A program made the position numbers and the translations under genes. Below, in pieces: positions 56,961 through 64,000 of a DNA stretch of 64,000 nt. The DNA is taken from assembly GCA_028534125.1 (NCBI GenBank), contig CM052817.1:100814001-100878000 (forward strand), in the 5' to 3' direction. The notes below the pieces were generated by a model that saw only the letters and a list, made by a program, of their open reading frames with translations, had not been told where the DNA came from and did no database searches. The number at the start of each line of letters is the position of its first letter. Position 1 is the stretch's first letter. This DNA comes from Lama glama. Taxonomy: Eukaryota.

Positions 56961-58740
56961 AGTTTCATTTTTGGTTCCTAGAAAGGTATGTTCCTTTTCT
57001 CATACAGTAAGAAGTATTTTCCACTTTTGCCTTCTTGGCCAAAAGCCTGGAACTTAGAGTAAAGCCTGGGTGTGGAACTTTCATTAGCAGGTTTTCTTAC
57101 CGCTTTTAGGTTTCTTTCCCTGGCTGACTCTAACTCATCCTTCAGGACTTAGTGCAGGAGACATCTCTGCCAGGGAGCTTTTTCAGGAGCCTCCCCCTGC
57201 CCTCAGGCTTGTCTCAGGGCCCTTCCCCCAGCACCCGTCAGACTATACCAAGAAGATCCGGTCTGGCTCCCCACTTGACTGCCCTGGCTTCACTCATCTG
57301 TGGCCTCCCACACTTGCTAAAAGGAACTAAACTCCCTTCCACTGCTGTTTCGGTTTTGATCAAGTCATATCTTGATAACTTTTTTTCTAAGTCCCTTCAA
57401 GTATTTTTTAAGTAGGACATACATCATTAATAAATACGGAGTATCTGCATCAAAGTGCGCTTGAGAATGAGAAATGCAGATGAGTGGGCTCAGCGTTTGT
57501 TCTTTGATTTGTTTTTCTATTTATCTTGACTTTCCAGATTCACAGTTGGTGATGTGCCGGCCAACTAAGTCCTCAACACCAATGAAACTAGGGAATACAA
57601 AGGTCCAATGGTTTGGGGGAAATAGCAAATTAGAACAAGGAAAGATGTTAGTAGGAGCAACTTCAGTGGCAAGGTATGTGGGTAGTGCCAAAAATAAGCA
57701 AAAATTGAGAGGATTTGTATCAGATAGGAGAGAGGAGGGGAGGCTGGGAGGTGATTTTTTAAAATTAAAATAGTATATTTTTCCTGTTACAAAAACGGTA
57801 TGTGTTTATTGGGAAACAATTTTAAATGCATATAAACAAAACGAAATTATTCCACATTTAAATCCTTCCAGATCTTTTTCTGTGCATATTAGCTAGCAGT
57901 ATTTCTCCTACCTCCACTTGTGGTACTAGCCCTTGGTATCACTCTCTTGCCAATAGGCTGTAGGTACAAAAGTCACAGGTCACAAAGTCAGTTACAGAAA
58001 AATGGTAATTTACCCTATTTTTCTATTATAGCATCAATTTTGAATTTCAATCTTGGTGGTGGTAAACTGAATACAGTCACTTACAAATACAGCCTGTCAT
58101 CGTCAGGTCAGTGATTTCACAGTCTCTCAGGATTAACTTTCAGGGTCCCTCCCCGTTTCCCCCTACATCCCCCAGGCTTCTTTCAGATTGCCTTGGGAAT
58201 GCCAGAGTTGGTGGAAGTGTGGGGTTGTCTCTAAAATGCGACTCGGGTCCTTGGGCCCTTAGGAGATCAAAAGCAAAGAATTAAACTCTTTGTATTTCTC
58301 TTTGCATTTAATTGAGTCCTCCTTTTCCTAGACCAAAGAGTAGCCTGATTTGCTAGTTAAGGGGTCTTTAGATGGGTATGTAAACAGGGTCCACAGCCCC
58401 CAGATCCACCTATTTTTAGGCTTTCATCTAGTATCCTGCCACACATGTTCACAATAATTTCAGTAACAATGAAACTGACTCCACTGGGGGAAGGGTGAAT
58501 GTGGTGAGACACTGCGGGTCCCCTGGATTGAGAATTGCAAGTCCAAGGCCCCGGTCTTTGTTCTTTCATGAACAAGATTCTCTGCACTTGGTTGCTTTAT
58601 CTGTGAAACAGCAGGCTGACTAGATGCTCTGCAAAGCCCCAGAGCTCGTGTTCTATGAGCCTATGAGATTCTTGTGGGGACAGGTTCATTTCAAAGTTTT
58701 CAGTGGAGACCAGCCTTCTAAAAATTTTTAATCAGCTTCT

Positions 58741-59130
58741 TTTTAAAATTACTTAAATTCTTATTTTTTATTGAAGTGTTTTACAATGTTAAATTTGCAA
58801 TGTTAATTCTAGGTGCACAGCAAAGCAATTCAGTTATACATATACATACATACATATATATGTATTTTTTTCAGATTCTTTTCCATTATAGCTCATTGCA
58901 AGAAATTGAATATAGTTCCCTGTGCTATACAGTAGGTCCTTGTTGTTTATCTATTTTATATATAGTAGTTAGTATCTGTAAATCTCGGAATCCCACTTTA
59001 TCCCTCCCCACCCCTTTTTCCCCCTGGTAACCAGTTTGTTTTCTATGTCCATGAGTCTATTTCTGGTTTGTAAATAAAATTTGTATATATATTTTTAGAT
59101 TCCACATACAAGAGACATCATATGATATTG
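58741..59130 (-). mobile_element. LINE-1 3' end
   Basis: Reverse complement of the same 3' UTR module. TSD TCAGCTTCT at 58732-58740 and 59137-59145. Confidence 0.9.
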
Positions 59131-59659
59131 CAGATCTCAGCTTCTAAAGACAGGAACTGCTACAAACCACCCAGCCTGGTCCTCAAGCCCATCCTTCATG
59201 GCTGAGATCCAGAAACGTAGGCAGGTCTTTCCAGCCATGGTGAGCCCTGGTGGAGGACTTCCAGAATTGCCAACAGCTGAGTAATACGGAGTTGAAATGG
59301 GGCAGCCATTAATGTAGGGGCTGGAGAAGCGTGACAGTTGTGGAATTGGGGCAGGAGGAAGGAAATAAACAGGCAAGTATACAGAGGAGAAAGATGAAGT
59401 GTTTCCTTCGCTGTGAAGCAGCAGGCGCAGAGCTTATCTGAAGCCAGGAACGAAAAAGTCTTCAAATCTACAGTGATGATCATTCCAGCTCCAACCACAC
59501 AGGGACTTTGTCACTGGTTTCTCAGTACCCATAGGTCAGCAGCAACTCCACTACACAGAAGAGGTCCATTACTTATACATCTCATTGGGAGGTTTTCTTT
59601 TCATGAAAAATGACATCCCTTATAGTAGATTAGATCATCATTCCCAGTTCTTTCTGCTT

Positions 59660-60090
59660 TCTCTGAAGGACATGAATTACACCCATGCCCTGTGACTTGG
59701 CACTTTCTTCTACTCACATAGGCAGCATGTACTCCCCTGCCTTACTGATCTTGGGCCAGGCCATGTAGGACTTTCTCTGACTGAAAAAACTATGGATGGA
59801 ACAGACAGTGTGGGTAAAGGTCCATAAGAGCCATCTCACAGCCTGGCTCGCCACCTTGTGTTCCTGGGATCTGACATTACTGTGATCTGAGATCACGAGC
59901 CCCGTAATGTGAAGCAGATCTCAACCAGATCAGCAACCTGGAATCCAGCCCAGCTCAGCCTGGATCAGCCAGTTCTCAGCTGACCGACAGACCTACGAGT
60001 GAGCGTGAACATAAACTGTTATAATTATAGACTACAGGGAGGGGGCTGGGTTTTTTTACATAGCATCAGTGCAGCAATAGCTGGCTAGTA
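59660..60090 (+). mobile_element. MaLR LTR (older MLT1-like)
   Basis: CTTGGGCCAGGCCATGT motif and terminal GCAGCAATAGCTGGCTAGTA. Confidence 0.65.
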
Positions 60091-60156
60091 TCTCTCTTAA
60101 GAGTCTTCATCCACAAATTGCAAACCTGAAGAGAAAAAGTTAGAGAAGAAAATAAA

Positions 60157-60306
60157 GGGCGGAGGGTATAGTTCAGTGGCAGGGCGCGTGCTTGGTATGC
60201 ACGAGGTCCTGGGTTCAATCCCCAGTACTTCCATGAAAATAAATAAATAAACCTAATTACCTCTCCCCTCAAAAAAACCCCAATATGTAAATAAATAATT
60301 TTAAAA
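60157..60306 (+). mobile_element. tRNA-derived SINE (Vic-1-like)
   Basis: GGAGGGTATAGTTCAGTGG...GGGTTCAATCCCCAGTACTTCC followed by the family's AAACCTAATTACCTC tail motif. Confidence 0.9.
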
Positions 60307-61628
60307 AGAAAAGAAGAGCTGCTTTTGGCAAAGCTTCGGCAGTCACACCATCCTGTTGACAGTTGCGATAAGGCTCGTGAAGATAGGGCTGTTCACACTT
60401 AACTGACCACTGTCATCTTCCTCCCCCAACCTTCAGGCACCAGTGTTCAGTCCAGAGCCAGCAAATACATACATATGTGATTGAGTCATGCTGTGCAATC
60501 ACCCACGGCCTTCCTGGATTTCCGACCCTGGAAGTTGTGCTGGAAACACTGTTCATGGCAGTGTTGATTGGAGAGGAAGTATCTTGGTAGCATCTCCAGC
60601 ATCTTAGCTGTCCTCACGGCCTTTATCACATTATATTTGGAGTATAAAATTTAGCCGGTCTCTTCCTGCCCTAAATGACCACGTGTTTCCAGAGAGCAGA
60701 ATTCTTGTCGGAGTCAACTTTACGAATTCCTCCTCCTCAAAACTCTGCCCAAGAGCCTAAAACCAATTAGTGCATGTTGAATGAACAAAGGATTTCGAGA
60801 AAGAATCTAAAAACGGTCCTTATTCAAATGGGATTTTAAAAAAAAATCTCTTCTTTGCACATGGACACCTGCGTTTGTAAATCGTCACAAGTTACTGAAT
60901 CAGAAACAAAATCAGTCTTACCGTCTCCTGGGTAGGAATTTAATCCGTGAGCCCTTTCAAAGGAGAACAGTCACTGGAACGACCCCCAGTCACACCCTGC
61001 CTGTATTCTCCTCCGCTGGTGGAGTTATTTTTTGCCGTTGCATAAACCTGTCCGACCTCTCTCTTGAGGGTCCTTTGCAAAACACGTTCCTTCTTTAAAA
61101 AAAAAAAATCATCTTTCTCCAAAAACCTAATAAGTAAGATAATTGATTTAAAACACAGCAAGAATATGCTAACAATAGGGAATCATATGAAATTCTCACC
61201 ATTCTTAAAGTCACCAAACTGCAGTATTCCCCAGTGGTGAAAGGCTCAGAAAGGAGTTAGGAAATGATTTTGGACAGTGTGTGTCATTCTGATACTAGAT
61301 AATTATCAATGTGTTCACTTATGGGTCCTTTTTCTTTAAAAAAAATGTATTTTTAAAAAAGTGCCTTATACTGTGATAAACAATAAAACACTATGATCAT
61401 AAAATAATAATCATCATCATCAAACACAGTGGAATGGGTGGGTTGGTGTATGAATACCTGCAGAGGGGAGATTCTCCCTGCCTTGTTGGGGCACACATGG
61501 CACTCTGGTGGGGCTTTGGCAGGAGGGAAGTGCATTTTCTTTTTCTTTTTTTGCCTTGTTTTATTGTTATTATTGTATTTGGGGGAATCTGTTTTCGATA
61601 GCTGCAGAACACTACTAAAAACCTTCTC

Positions 61629-62510
61629 AAAAAGGGAACCCTCCTGTGCTATTGGTGGGAAAGTAATTTGATGCAGCCGTTATGGAAAACAGTATGGAGA
61701 TTCCGTTAAAAACTAAAAATAGACTTATCATATGATCCAGCAATCTCATTCATGGGCATATATCTGGAAGAAAATCTAATTTGAAAAAATACATGCACCA
61801 GAATTTTTATAGCAGCACTATTTACAATATCCAGGACATGGAAATAGCCTAAATCTCCACTGACAGATGAATGAATAAAGAAGTTGTGCACAGAGAAAAA
61901 AAAAAAAAAAGAAATGCCAGAAAAAAAAATTAGTTGAATGAATAAAAGTTACCCTAGACTGAAAAAAAAAAAGTTGTGGTATATATATATATACACACAC
62001 ACATATATATATAAAATAAATACTACTCAGCCATAAAAAAGAATAAAATAATGCCATTTGCAGCAACATGGATGGACCTGGAGATTGTCATTCTAAGTGA
62101 AGTTAGCCAGAAACAGAAAGAAAAATACTATATAATATCATTCATATGTGGAATCTTAAAAAAAGAAGACACAAGTGAACTTATTTACAAAACAGAAACA
62201 GACTCAGACATAGAAAACAAACTTACGGTTACCTGGGGGGAAAGGGGTTGGGAAGGGATAAATTGGGAGTTCAAGATTTGCAGATACTAACTATTATATA
62301 TAAAATAGATAAACAACAAGGTCCTATTGTATAGCACAGGGAACTCTATTCAATATCTTTTAGTAACCTATAATAGAAAAGACTATGAAAACGAATATAT
62401 ATGTATGTATGTACATGTTTGACTGAAACATTATACTGTACACCAGAAATTGACACAACATTGTAAACTGACTATACTTCAGTGAAAAAAAATTTTTTAA
62501 ATAAAAATAA
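61629..62510 (+). mobile_element. 5'-truncated LINE-1 (ORF2 C-terminus plus 3' UTR)
   Basis: Peptide MPFAATWMDLEIVILSEVSQ, motif TATGGAAAACAGTATGGAG and an A-rich tail. Confidence 0.93.
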
Positions 62511-63279
62511 AAAACCTCTTCTTTGACCATCTTTAAGAATGGAGAATTATTCTGGCCAGGAACAGAGTGAGAGAAAACTCACTGTCTTCACATACAAACA
62601 TTAGCATGCTGAAAAAGCAGTGAGAGAAAAAATGTGCTTGCATCTGTATGGAAAACTGGCAGGACAGGCTCCAGGAATGAAAAGTTACCTCTGAAGAGGG
62701 ACAGTGAAAACTGGGTTGGAATGGGGGTGGGGGGTGAGGAGGAGGAGGGGAAGTAAAGATCTCCTTTAATGCACTTCGATGCTACTGGGAAAAATGTAAT
62801 ATGTGTATTACCTTCTTCATATGAAAAACCAGAAACAAAAAGATGTTGGGAAAAGGAGATCTACAATTATGGAATGCCTTTCAGGCTGGTGATACCTGCA
62901 GGGAAGACAGACAACCCAGTGGGAAAGCTTGGGTTTTTAAGAGAAATTGTATATCAGAATAGGATTCTCTAGTCAGCAAAGATGGCAGGAGGAGTTAAAA
63001 AAGAGGAAGTGTTTTCGAGTTCAATGCCCAGGAAATGAAGTTTTCTTCTAGCAGCTTCTGTGGACAGAATCCAGAGATGCTACTAAGTCTGCACATGGAT
63101 GGCTGCAAAAACATCTTTTATAAAAGGTGGGCTGAGAGTGGGGAAAGGCATCAGACATGGAACTTTAAAAAGCCTTGCTTATTCGGTGACCAGAAAAGAC
63201 TGTGAATGGGGCTAGAGGGAAGAGTTGGAGAAAAGACAGGGAATGGTGACTGGAATACAGTTCTAAGCTCAGACTAAAG

Positions 63280-63476
63280 CAGAGGCTCTCACCAGGGGCA
63301 TGTTTCTCCCCAGGGACATTTGGCAACGTCTAGAGACATTTTTGGTTGTCGCAACCTGGTAGTGCTAGTGGCATCTAGTGGGTAGACATCCTGCCACACA
63401 CAAGCCAGCCCCTCCCTCCAACAAAGAATTATCCAGCCACCCTAAATGTCAACAGCACTGATGCTGAGAACCCTGT
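63280..63476. mobile_element. MER20-like hAT MITE
   Basis: CCCCAGGGACATTTGGCAACGTCTAGAGACATTTTTGGTTGTC...ACAAAGAATTATCCAGCC...TGAGAACCCTG. Confidence 0.88.
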
Positions 63477-64000
63477 GCTAAACTAAAGTGAAAAGTGATA
63501 TTTATTGAGACGTTAACACCTCCCACCAGGTGTGCTTTATAGTTTACAAGGTGTTTTTACAGCCATTTGCTCCTCATCCCAAAGCCTGAGGGAGGGAGGC
63601 AGGCAGGCATCCTATTTCCCTGGGGCAGCCCAGGAAGCAAAAGTCCAGGGACTGAGCCAAGGCCACACGGCTTGGAATCCAAGTCTTGGGTCCCGGCTCC
63701 ATGCTCTGCTGATTCTCGTGGAACCCACGTGACAAACACACACCTCTTTGAACCAAATGTCTGAGTGAAGACGTGCTAAACTCCAGGAAAGGGGGTTCCA
63801 CTGAAACACAAAGTAGGAGGGCCCCAATTCTAAGATGGAGTGATTGGAAGAAACCGATGGAAAATTATTCAAGTATCAGTGAAATAGCTAGAGTTTTCTC
63901 CTTGATGGCGGCTCTTGGTCACCTTTGTTGTACACCTGCAGGAGGGATTCTTGATGTATAGAGATCTGAAAGTGCTTGCCTTGCTCAGGGAAAGGCAATC

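Overview
Mammalian genomic DNA, probably from a camelid. That assignment is inferred from eight copies of a tRNA-derived SINE resembling the camelid Vic-1 type, plus artiodactyl-style L1 3' ends. The window holds one complete protein-coding gene, TMEM154, on the minus strand. I reconstructed seven coding exons by hand, all with GT-AG introns and compatible phases: 50632-50719, 30784-31044, 30655-30693, 23744-23771, 22233-22318, 20151-20211 and 10747-10762. They total 579 nt, encoding a 192-aa type I membrane protein. The gene has a CpG-rich promoter and a long, repeat-poor putative 3' UTR. The rest is intron or intergenic sequence full of SINEs, L1/L2/MIR fragments, solo LTRs and hAT MITEs. 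I see no convincing novel multi-gene system. The best leads are regulatory: a sense-oriented intronic solo LTR with a CCAAT array, octamer and TATA box; a uORF plus hairpin just before the start codon; an inverted SINE pair; an intact MER53 palindrome; and a small polyadenylated insert inside an L1. Repeat family names and human/sheep comparisons come from memory of consensus sequences, not from searches. Most repeat boundaries are approximate.
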